A stretch of 64,000 nucleotides of DNA from Pyrinomonadaceae bacterium (GTDB lineage Bacteria; Acidobacteriota; Blastocatellia; Pyrinomonadales; Pyrinomonadaceae), in the NCBI GenBank assembly GCA_030841105.1, contig JAVEDE010000012.1, positions 7,079 through 71,078 on the forward strand, read 5' to 3'. The notes beneath the pieces were generated by a model that saw nothing but the letters and a program-made list of their open reading frames with translations, made no database searches and was not told the DNA's origin. This document shows positions 38,247 through 47,151 of the stretch, piece after piece. The stretch's first letter is position 1, and the number at the start of each line of letters is the position of its first letter. Position numbers and translations under genes: made by a program.

Positions 38247-39395
38247 TTGACGCGACAATTAAGCAACGGACGGCGCGCGCTGGTGACGGGCGGCGCGGGA
38301 CTCATCGGCTCGCACCTCGTCGATCTCTTGATCGGCGAGGGCTGGCGCGTGCGCATACTCGATAACCTTGAACCGAACACGCACCGCGAGGGACGCCCCG
38401 CGTGGATCAACGCGGCGGCCGAATTTGTCGAAGGCGACGTGCGCGACCGCGCGACCGTCGCCGCCGCGCTCGCGGGCGTCGAGGTCGTCTTTCATCAGGC
38501 GGCCTACGGCGGTTACATGCCGGAGATTTCAAAGTACGTGGGCGTCAACAGTTTCGGCACGGCGCAGTTGCTCGAAGTGATCCGCGACGAGAATCTGCCC
38601 GTCAGGAAAGTCGTCGTCGCCTCGTCGCAGGCGGTCTACAGCGAGGGCGCGGGGCTATGTCCGGGGGAGCACGGGTTGGTCTTTCCCGCGGTGCGACCCG
38701 TCGCCCAACTGCGCGCCGGAGACTTCGGCGTCCACTGTCCCATGTGCGACCGCGCGACCGTTCCTGCGCCCACGCCCGAACACGCGCCCATCGGCGGCGA
38801 GACCGTCTACGCCATCACGAAAGTTGATCAGGAGCGGCTCGTGCTGACGTGGGGGCGGCAGACGGGCGTGCCCACCGTCGCCCTGCGCTACTCCTGCACC
38901 TACGGGCCGCGCCAGTCCGTCTTCAACCCTTACACCGGCGTCATCGCCATCTTCTGCACGCGCCTCTTGAACGGACAGCCGCCCGTGCTCTACGAAGACG
39001 GCGAACAGACGCGCGACTTCTCGTTCGTCGAAGACATCGCGCGCGCGAACCTGCTCGCGGCGACGACAGACAAACTCGACGGCCTCGCCGTGAACGTCGG
39101 GAGCGGCGAGGCGACCAGCATCCGCGAGATCGCGCGCCTCGTCGCTGACGCGCTTGACGTGTCCGTCGAGCCAATCGCGCGCGGCGAGTTTCGCCCCGGC
39201 GAGATGCGACACCTCATCTCCGACACGACGCGCATCCGCGCCGCGGGCTACGAGCCGCAAGTTCCGCTCGCCGCGGGCATCCGCCGCTACATCGAATGGA
39301 TCGGCGGGCAGATGGACGTGCGCGACTACTTCGCCGCCGCCGAGACGCTGCTGCGCGCGAAAGGCATCGTGCATCGCGTGGGAGAGGAAAGTTGA
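38247..39395 (+). CDS. NAD-dependent epimerase/dehydratase (extended SDR)
   Basis: TGGAGLIG, SSQAVY, YAITK, YGPRQ, RDFSFVED. Confidence 0.9.
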   Translation: MTRQLSNGRRALVTGGAGLIGSHLVDLLIGEGWRVRILDNLEPNTHREGRPAWINAAAEFVEGDVRDRATVAAALAGVEVVFHQAAYGGYMPEISKYVGVNSFGTAQLLEVIRDENLPVRKVVVASSQAVYSEGAGLCPGEHGLVFPAVRPVAQLRAGDFGVHCPMCDRATVPAPTPEHAPIGGETVYAITKVDQERLVLTWGRQTGVPTVALRYSCTYGPRQSVFNPYTGVIAIFCTRLLNGQPPVLYEDGEQTRDFSFVEDIARANLLAATTDKLDGLAVNVGSGEATSIREIARLVADALDVSVEPIARGEFRPGEMRHLISDTTRIRAAGYEPQVPLAAGIRRYIEWIGGQMDVRDYFAAAETLLRAKGIVHRVGEES

Positions 39396-39627
39396 TGAAA
39401 GATGAATGATGAACGATGAAGGGGAAGCCGCCCGTTGTCCGCCGTCAGTTGTCAGTTGCATGTGCCTTTCGCATGAGTCGCTAAAGATTGTCTTGAACAA
39501 CTGACGACGGACAACCGACGGCGGACAACTGACAGCTTTTACTTCATCGTTAGTTTTAGTTGACCGCAAGTGTGAAGGGAGTAGAATCCTGAGGCTCGTT
39601 GACATGCTTCGAGGAGACAAAACAAAT

Positions 39628-41253
39628 ATGCGTCTTGCGTTCAAGCTCGCGGTCGCCGGTTTATTCCTTTCGCTGTGTGCGTCGGCGTCGCTCGGACAGG
39701 TCTCTTGCCCGTTCGGCACGACCGACACCGACCGCCTCGCCAGATGCCTGCTCCGCCCCGTCCGGCGCGGCGGCAACCTCGGCCCCACGCCCGCCACGTT
39801 GCCCGCGCCGCTCGACGCGCTCATCGGCAAGCCCATGAACGTGAGCGCGGAGAAACTGCAAGCACACCTGCGCGCGCGCGGCATCAAAGAGGCCGACCTC
39901 GGCGGCGCGCTCGTCTTCCGCGGCGGTCGGTTCGTGAACGACCTGACGCGCGCGCGTTACTTCGTCTTCCACGACACGAGTTTCCCGGAAATCAACGCGG
40001 CCGATTTTCCCGCCGACATCAACGCCGCGTCGTGGCGTTTCAACCGCCTCTCCGTGTGGCTCGCGACGCCCACGCCGACGCACGTCTTCGTCAACCGCCT
40101 CGGCGAGTCAGCGACGAAAGCGAACTTCAGCCAGAACGTCAACGGGACGAAGTATGATTCGGGGCGCGACGCGCCGCCGGGCGCGGAGAGGAGTCGCCGC
40201 GCGGCGGCGCGCGCCGGGCAGTTCATACACATCGAGTTGGTGCAGCCGCGGCGCAAATCCAACCCCCGCACGTTCTTCGATCTCGGCCCGACTCCGGGCA
40301 TGACCGCGAAGCAACTCGACCGCCTCGCGCTGCTCTACGTCGCGGCCAGCGTGCGCGCGGGGCGTTGGCTGCTCCCGGCCTTCCACCTCGCCGTTGACAG
40401 CCCGCTGCGCGATGCGCACGACGATCCCCAAAACTTCGACCTCGACGTGTGGCTCGGCAACCTGCGCACGCTGCTGTCCGATGTCGAAGCGGCGTCCGTC
40501 GCTCCAGATGGGGGTGGAACGGACGCGCCGCTTGGCGGAAGCGTGTCGGCGGGCAGTCTCACCGCCGCCGACTTCAACTTGCCCGAACCGACCGCCGCGA
40601 CGCGCGGCGAACGTCTCACGCTCTGGTCAACTTTCTATCACGTCTTCCCGGCGCGCCAACTCGACGGCGGGCAGCCGCTCTTAGGGACAAACGGGCGCAG
40701 CCTCGGCGCGTCGGTCAGCGCGAGCGACTGGTGCAACGCGGCTCTGGAAGGGACGGTGGCGGTGTCGAACGGCGCGGGCGCGACCCGCACCTTCAACTTC
40801 TCCGACAGGGGCGGCGGGCGACAACTCGACTGCTCGCGCTTCTTTCCGAGCGTGGCGCGCGCGACGATCAACGCGCTCGCGCGCACGCGTTTCGAGATCG
40901 CACGCGGCGCGTTCGGCACGGGCGTGCGCGGCATGGCGCTCGTGCCGTATCGTTCCATCGCCGTGGACAACCGACAGCGGCCGATCCCTTTCGGCGCGGT
41001 CGTCTTCATCCCGCAGGCGCGCGGCAAAGAGATCTTGTTGCCGTCGGGCGCGACCGCGAGGCACGACGGCTACTTCTTCGCCGCCGACACGGGTGGCCTG
41101 ATCAAGCTGAATCACATAGACGTGTTCAGCGGCACGAACGCGCGCAACCCGTTCCCCGAATTTATCAAGAGCCGCGAGACCGGCACGTTCACGGCCTTCT
41201 TCATCAACGACCCGGCCATCACCGCGCGCCTGACGGCAGCGCACCGGCCGTAG
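39628..41253 (+). CDS. Secreted peptidoglycan hydrolase: amidase-2-like domain fused to a 3D (MltA-like) domain
   Basis: Signal peptide; VFHDT...HVFVNRLG...IELVQ...FH...HDDPQNFD; C-terminal SIAVD...IPFG...AADTGGLIK...HIDVF. Confidence 0.7.
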   Translation: MRLAFKLAVAGLFLSLCASASLGQVSCPFGTTDTDRLARCLLRPVRRGGNLGPTPATLPAPLDALIGKPMNVSAEKLQAHLRARGIKEADLGGALVFRGGRFVNDLTRARYFVFHDTSFPEINAADFPADINAASWRFNRLSVWLATPTPTHVFVNRLGESATKANFSQNVNGTKYDSGRDAPPGAERSRRAAARAGQFIHIELVQPRRKSNPRTFFDLGPTPGMTAKQLDRLALLYVAASVRAGRWLLPAFHLAVDSPLRDAHDDPQNFDLDVWLGNLRTLLSDVEAASVAPDGGGTDAPLGGSVSAGSLTAADFNLPEPTAATRGERLTLWSTFYHVFPARQLDGGQPLLGTNGRSLGASVSASDWCNAALEGTVAVSNGAGATRTFNFSDRGGGRQLDCSRFFPSVARATINALARTRFEIARGAFGTGVRGMALVPYRSIAVDNRQRPIPFGAVVFIPQARGKEILLPSGATARHDGYFFAADTGGLIKLNHIDVFSGTNARNPFPEFIKSRETGTFTAFFINDPAITARLTAAHRP

Positions 41254-41430
41254 CATCATCAGCGCGCCGCACCAACCGTCGCAGTTGACCGCGCCACGCA
41301 CCGGCCGTCGGAGTTGACTGCACAACACATCGGCCGTCGTAGTTGACCGTGCGGCACTGACAAGAGTTTGTCCGACTTCCATAGTTCGTCCGACTTCACT
41401 CGACTTCAAACGACTTCACACAACCTCGAA

Positions 41431-42147
41431 GTGACTACACGTGCCGCACACACGACCGCGCGCGTCTCCGTCGTCATCCCCGCCTTGAACGAGGAGGAGA
41501 CGATTGCGGCGGTCGTGCGCGAAGTGCCGCGCGCGATCGCGTCGGAGGTGATCGTGGTTGATAACGGGAGCGACGACCGCACGGCGGAGCGTGCGCGCGA
41601 GGCCGGGGCGCGCGTCGTCTCCGAGCCGCGGCGCGGTTACGGGCGCGCGTGTCGCGCGGGCGTCGAGGCGGTCGAGCCGTCGTGCGAGATCATAGTTTTT
41701 CTGGACGGCGACGGGAGCGATTGCCCGGAGTTGATGGATCGTCTGGTCGCGCCTATAGGAGCGGGCGCGCAGGATTTCGTCATCGGCTCGCGCACGCGCG
41801 GGCAACGCGAACGGGGCAGCATGAACTTCTCCCAACTCTTCGCCGGGCGCGCGGCGGGTCTCATCGTCGGCGCGCTCTACGGCGTGCGCTACACGGACAT
41901 GTGCCCGTTTCGCGCGATCAGGCGCGACGCGCTCGCGCGCCTCAAGATGCGCGAGGAGACTTACGGTTGGAATCTGGAGATGCAGATGCGCGCGGCGCGC
42001 GCCCGTTTGCGCGTGCTCGAAGTGCCGGTCGCGCATCGCCGTCGCGCGGGCGGCGAGTCGAAAGTGTCGGGCACTTTGCAAGGCACAATCCGCGCCGGGA
42101 CGCGCATCCTTTACACGGTCGCGCGCATCGCATGGGAGCGCACCTGA
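41431..42147 (+). CDS. Family 2 glycosyltransferase (polyprenol-phosphate GT-like)
   Basis: VVIPALNEE, VDNGSDD, GYG, FLDGDGS, GESKVSG. Confidence 0.9.
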   Translation: MTTRAAHTTARVSVVIPALNEEETIAAVVREVPRAIASEVIVVDNGSDDRTAERAREAGARVVSEPRRGYGRACRAGVEAVEPSCEIIVFLDGDGSDCPELMDRLVAPIGAGAQDFVIGSRTRGQRERGSMNFSQLFAGRAAGLIVGALYGVRYTDMCPFRAIRRDALARLKMREETYGWNLEMQMRAARARLRVLEVPVAHRRRAGGESKVSGTLQGTIRAGTRILYTVARIAWERT

Positions 42148-42189
42148 CAGGCCGCCCGGACACGACGACTAAGACAACCCAAGGCTTTT

Positions 42190-44076
42190 ATGAAATACAA
42201 CGGAACACTCGCCGCGCTCGTCCTCGCCTCGACGCTCGCGTTCGCGACGCCCGCGTTCGCGCAAGAGCCGACGCCCGCGACGCCCGCCGCTGCGGGCGCA
42301 GTCGAGCAGGCCGACGAACAGGCGGAACTTGAGCGGAAGGCTCTGGCCTTGCTCGAAGAAGTGATCGGCGAAACGTCCACTTTGAAACTCGTCGAGAATC
42401 GCATCCGCTTGCAGGCGGCCGCGGCGGAGATGCTCTGGCCGCGCAATCAGGAACGCGCCCGCGAGATTTTCAATGCGGCGGCAAACGACCTCGCCGCCGT
42501 CGCGGCAGGCATCGAGACGGACGACCCGCAGTATTACCACCTTACGAACGCGACCTCGCAGTTGCGCCAGCGGATGCTCGGCGTGATCGCCGAACGCGAC
42601 CCGAAACTCGCGCTCGAATTCCTGCGCGCGACGCGCCCGCCGCCTCCCCCCGCGCAATCAAACTCGAACTACCGCCAGCCCGATCAGGAACTCGCTCTCG
42701 AAGCGCAACTCGCGCAGCAGATCGCCGCGCGCGATCCGCAGCAAGCACTGCGCCTCGCCGAAGAAGTCTTGAGCCGCGGCCTCTCCTCGAACCTCATGCC
42801 GTTGCTCGATCAACTGCGCACGCGCGACCCGGAAGGCGCGTCGCGGCTCGCCGCAAGCATCGTCAGGAGACTCCGCACCGCGAACTTCGCCGCCGACTAC
42901 GAGGCGACCAACATCGCCAGCCATCTTTTGCTCTCGACGCGCCCGTCCGAGAACGTCAACATCAATGTCAACGACCAACAGCAGACGGCGATTGTCGCCG
43001 GACAGAACACGGCGCGGCGTCTACAGTTGGACGAACAGGCGCGGCGCGATCTCGTCGGCCTGCTCGCTAACGCGGCGGTCAACAGCGCGGGCAGCAGCGC
43101 GCGGCAGTCGGGTAACGTGGGCGGGTTGCTGTCCACGGTGCGGCAGTTGATGCCGGAAGTGGAACGCTACGCGCCCGCGCAGGTGGCGGGCGTGCGCCGT
43201 CGTCTGGAAGGCTACGAGCGTCGGGCGGAGGGCATCAGCGCGAGACGCGAGTTCCGGCAAATACCGGAGACGGCCACGCCGGACGCGCTCATCGAAGCGG
43301 CGGCGAAGGCCACGCCGGAGATGCGAGAGCAACTCTACCGCACGGCGGCGTGGAGGGCTTTCAATCAAGGCAACACGGAGCGCGCGCGGCAGATCGTCAA
43401 CAACCACATCGAGGGCGCAGGGCAGCGCGATCAGATGTTGAAGGAACTCGACCAGCAGTTGTTCTGGCGCGCCGCCTCGGAAGGCAAGATCGATCAGGCG
43501 CAGGCCGTGCTCGCCCGCATCAAGTCAACGGAAGAACGCGTCGGGATGTTGTTGCAACTGGCGCGCGTCACTTCGGGCAAGGGCAACACGACGGCCGCGG
43601 CCGGGTTTCTGGACGAGGCCTGGAACTTGATCGGCGGGCGCGCGAAAGGCCAGTCGCAGTTCGCCATGCAGTTGCAACTCGCCTACGACTACGCGCAGAT
43701 CGCGCCGCCGCGCGGCTTCGAGATCGTCGAGGCGAGCATCACGCATTTGAATGAACTTGTCGCGGCGGCGGCCGTGCTGGATGGCTTCGGGCAGGAGGCT
43801 TTCGCGCAGGACGAACTGAAAGGGCAGGACGGCTACGTGTGGGGTTCGCTTGCCACGCAATGCAACGAGGCGCTGGCCGCGCTCGCGCCGCTCGACTTCG
43901 ACCACACGCGTTCCGCCGCCGACCGCCTGCAACGCCCCGAGCTACGGCTCCCCGCGCGCCTCGCCGTCGCGCGCGCCATCCTCTTGAGAGAAACGCAGCG
44001 GAACAACTTCAACGGCCGCCCGATACAGGGTCGGCGCGGCGGGCGCGGCGGCTTCGTCATACTCAACGAAGACTAA
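42190..44076 (+). CDS. Secreted all-helical hypothetical protein
   Basis: Signal peptide (AFAQ); solenoid-like DPxxAL repeats. Confidence 0.7.
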   Translation: MKYNGTLAALVLASTLAFATPAFAQEPTPATPAAAGAVEQADEQAELERKALALLEEVIGETSTLKLVENRIRLQAAAAEMLWPRNQERAREIFNAAANDLAAVAAGIETDDPQYYHLTNATSQLRQRMLGVIAERDPKLALEFLRATRPPPPPAQSNSNYRQPDQELALEAQLAQQIAARDPQQALRLAEEVLSRGLSSNLMPLLDQLRTRDPEGASRLAASIVRRLRTANFAADYEATNIASHLLLSTRPSENVNINVNDQQQTAIVAGQNTARRLQLDEQARRDLVGLLANAAVNSAGSSARQSGNVGGLLSTVRQLMPEVERYAPAQVAGVRRRLEGYERRAEGISARREFRQIPETATPDALIEAAAKATPEMREQLYRTAAWRAFNQGNTERARQIVNNHIEGAGQRDQMLKELDQQLFWRAASEGKIDQAQAVLARIKSTEERVGMLLQLARVTSGKGNTTAAAGFLDEAWNLIGGRAKGQSQFAMQLQLAYDYAQIAPPRGFEIVEASITHLNELVAAAAVLDGFGQEAFAQDELKGQDGYVWGSLATQCNEALAALAPLDFDHTRSAADRLQRPELRLPARLAVARAILLRETQRNNFNGRPIQGRRGGRGGFVILNED

Positions 44077-44088
44077 CGCCACGTTTGA

Positions 44089-44928
44089 TTATTCCCGCGC
44101 GCGGAAGACGAGGAAGTAATCCATCCCGTCGGGCTTCACGAAGTCGTGTTGCTCGACGAGCGCGAAGCCCGCGCGTGCGGCTTCGGCGATCACCTTCTTG
44201 TCGTCCAGCCCGTGGTCGTCGCCCGCGCCGTTGCGGTCTATGACGCCGACAAGCGCGCCCGCGCTCAGCGAGCGTCGCAGGTTACGCATCAAGCGGATCG
44301 GCTCGGCGATCTCGTGGTAAGTTTTCAAGATGAGCACGGCGTCAACGCCTGCGGCGGGCAGCAGCGGGTCGTCTTCACGGCCGAGCACGGCGCGCACGTT
44401 CGCCAGCCCCTCACGCGCGGCGCGTTCCTCGATGTGCTTCAGATACTCGCGGTTGATCTCGACGGCATAGACAGACCCTTTCGCGCCGACACGCCGCGCG
44501 GCGCGCACCGTGAACCAGCCCGACCCCGCGCCGATGTCGGCCACGCGCGAGCCTTCCTTGATCTGCAAAATATCCATCACGCGGTTGATCTGTAGTTTCT
44601 CTTCGCGCTTCGCGTCCTCGAAGATCGAGAGGCTGCCCTTGTAAGGGTCGCTCGTCGGGCGGTCGAGTTTGTCTGCATCGCGCGCCGGAGTTTGCGCAGT
44701 CTTAGGTTGTTGCCCGGTCGTCGCCGAGAAATTGTCGAGGGCGACATCGAGAGTTCCACGCTCGAACTGCTGTGGAAGAGGCGTGCCGAGCGAACCGCCG
44801 AGCAAGGTGAAACTCGCCGCCGCGCAGATGAAGAGTTTGATCGTCAGCGACCACGGTTTGCGATCCACTCCCGCCTCCGCCGTCTCCGCGCGTGTCGAGT
44901 TTTCGTTATCGTCTATTTCGTCAGGCAT
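44089..44928 (-). CDS. Class I SAM-dependent methyltransferase with N-terminal hydrophobic segment
   Basis: VADIGAGSGWF, YAVEIN, TYHEI. Confidence 0.85.
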   Translation of the reverse strand: MPDEIDDNENSTRAETAEAGVDRKPWSLTIKLFICAAASFTLLGGSLGTPLPQQFERGTLDVALDNFSATTGQQPKTAQTPARDADKLDRPTSDPYKGSLSIFEDAKREEKLQINRVMDILQIKEGSRVADIGAGSGWFTVRAARRVGAKGSVYAVEINREYLKHIEERAAREGLANVRAVLGREDDPLLPAAGVDAVLILKTYHEIAEPIRLMRNLRRSLSAGALVGVIDRNGAGDDHGLDDKKVIAEAARAGFALVEQHDFVKPDGMDYFLVFRARE

Positions 44929-44952
44929 GACTTGTCAGATGAGCGGCCTGCT

Positions 44953-45816
44953 TCAAGCGGTTGCCGCTGCGCTCTCCTTGCGTGCGATGATCTGCGCGTA
45001 GCGCGCGACGGCCGCGAATTCGGGGCGCGCGCCGAGCGTCAGTTCAAACGAGAGCAGGCGCGCGTAAGCGTCCGGCGTATCGGAGAGCGCGGCGGGCAGG
45101 TAGTCAGCGACGACGCGCACGCCGCGTTCGGCGACGACACGCAGCCCCGCGCCCGTCGCCAACTCGCCGAGCGAGCGCGCGTCGAAAAGTCTGGCGGGGC
45201 CGCCGTAGAGAGATTCGTTGACCTGTTCGGCCGCGAGCGCGCGCTCCGCTTCGTCCAGGTCGTGCGCCTTCAAGACGGCGCGCATGGCCTCGCCCGCGCG
45301 GTTGCGCGCGACGAGCGAGACGAGGCCGCCCGGTTTGACGAGCGCGGCCAGCGAGAGCGCGGCGGCGCGCGGGTCGGAGACGTATTCGAGGACGTTGTGA
45401 CAGACGGCCGCGTCGAACGTCTGCGGCGCGAAAAGTTCGTGCGCGCGTTCGGCCGCGGACTGGTGGAAGGTGACGCGCGCAGCGTCGGGCGTTGTGGATG
45501 CGTCGAGCGTTGTGGATGCGTCTGGCGTTGCGGCGCGGGCGGCGTCGGCGGCGATGGCGAGCATCGTCGCGGAAGGGTCAACGACCGCGACGCGCCAGCC
45601 GAGCGCGGCGAAGCGCAACGCGAGCGCGCCCGTGCCGCCGCCGAGGTCGAGCGCGCGTCTCTCGCCCGTCGCGTCGAGTTTCGATTGCGGCGCGTTCGAC
45701 TCGTTGATGACGGAGAGAAAATTCTCCCAAGCGATGTCGAGACGCAGACGCCCTTCGACAGTCTGCAAGTAGGCGGCGTAGGCGGGCGCGCCCGATTCAA
45801 AGCGTGCGTCCGTCAT
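44953..45816 (-). CDS. SmtA/CmoM-like SAM-dependent methyltransferase
   Basis: EGRLR...LDLGGGTG...CHNVLEYV...GVRVVADYL...RYAQIIARK parallels E. coli CmoM as recalled; ATGA overlap with the selD stop. Confidence 0.75.
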   Translation of the reverse strand: MTDARFESGAPAYAAYLQTVEGRLRLDIAWENFLSVINESNAPQSKLDATGERRALDLGGGTGALALRFAALGWRVAVVDPSATMLAIAADAARAATPDASTTLDASTTPDAARVTFHQSAAERAHELFAPQTFDAAVCHNVLEYVSDPRAAALSLAALVKPGGLVSLVARNRAGEAMRAVLKAHDLDEAERALAAEQVNESLYGGPARLFDARSLGELATGAGLRVVAERGVRVVADYLPAALSDTPDAYARLLSFELTLGARPEFAAVARYAQIIARKESAAATA

Positions 45817-46841
45817 CTGACGACGAGGGAGTGCGCGCCGCGCGCGACGACGCGGCCGATGCGCGCGGCGTCCGGGTAGGTTTCGCGGAGGCGCGCGAGG
45901 AGCGCGTCGGCGTGCGCCGGGTTGATCGAGATCAAGAGGCCGCCCGCCGTCTGCGGGTCGAACATGAGACTCGCGAGCGGCCGGCTCACTTCGACGCCGA
46001 GTTCGATGTCGTCGCCGACGTACTGCCGGTTCGTCTTGTCGCCGCTCGTCAACAAGCCCTGCACCGCGAGTTCGTGCGCGCCCGCGATGAGAGGCACGCG
46101 CTCCGCCTCGATCTCGATGGTCACGCCGCTCCCGCGCGCCACCTCCCACGCGTGGCCGAGCAGCGCGAAGCCCGTCACGTCGGTCGCGGCGTGCGCGCCG
46201 AACTCCTGCATCAAGTCGGCCGCCTCGCGCCCCGCGAGTAGCATCGTCTGGAGCGACGCCTGCATCACCGCGCCGGTTGCCTTGCCGAACTTGATGCCGG
46301 TGGAGACGACGCCCGTGCCGATGGGCTTCGTCAGGATGAGCGCGTCGCCGGGGCGCGCTCCGCGGTTGGTGATGACGTGGCGCGGGTTGACGAGTCCGGT
46401 CACGGCGTAGCCGAACATGATCTGCGGATCGTCCACGCTGTGGCCGCCGACGAGCGCGACGCCGTGCGCGGTCAACACGTCGAGACCGCCGCGCATGATC
46501 TCGCCGAGGATCGAGAAGTCCAAGCCCTTTTTCGGGAAGCAGGTGACGGCGAGCGCGGTGATGGGGATGCCGCCCATCGCCCACACGTCGTTGATGGAGT
46601 TGAGCGCGCTGATGCGCCCGTAGTCGTACGGGTCGTCAACAATCGGCGTGAAGAAGTCTACGGTCTGGACGAGCGCGAGGTCTTCGGTCAGTTGATACAC
46701 TCCGGCGTCGTCCGCCGTCTCGATGCCGACCAGCAGATTAGGATGTTTCGGGATGTTCAGGCCGCTCAGAACCTGAGCGAGCGCGCCGGGCGCGAGCTTA
46801 GCCGCTCAACCGGCACAGTTGACCATTTCAGTCAGACGCAT
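45813..46841 (-). CDS. selD: Selenide, water dikinase, selenocysteine-containing (UGA codon 12)
   Basis: [16 protein letters not shown]...DDAGVY...TVDFFTP...GGHS...DVTGF...[20 protein letters not shown] at 46806-46808. Confidence 0.93.
46763..46779 (-). promoter_or_regulatory. Bacterial SECIS-like hairpin
   Basis: CGCTCAG-GTT-CTGAGCG; G-starting loop 33 nt after the UGA. Confidence 0.6.
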
Positions 46842-47151
46842 ACAGTTCGGCCTCCCCTCTTTAGAATCGCGGCAAAACTTAAACGGCCAAACGCGCGCCG
46901 CCTTAATCGCGTGGGTGAGGGAAAAGTGTCGGAGTTGGTGAAAAGATTAACACGAAGCACGGGAAAAAATCACGAGGCGCAGGGGAAAATTTAGGCGGAG
47001 AGCGGCGACGAAGATCAGCCGCGCGGTAACGAATGCAAGCCGCGCGGTAACAGTTGAAAGCCGCAACGCGGCGACAGGTAATAGCTCACGGCTTTCAACC
47101 TATCGCCGCCTCGCGATCTATCACTCTTGCCGCGTCGCGGCTTTCGACTCG

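Noticed and set aside
41276..41362. Three 29-bp repeats as a mini-CRISPR
   Set aside because: Head-to-tail degenerate tandem copies without unique spacers; no cas genes in the window
45817..46584. N-terminal extension of the 543-aa ORF 44953-46584
   Set aside because: Arg-rich off-frame read of selD; the likely start is ATG 45816
46806..46808. selD as a nonsense pseudogene
   Set aside because: TGA sits at the catalytic Cys/Sec position with a downstream SECIS-like hairpin
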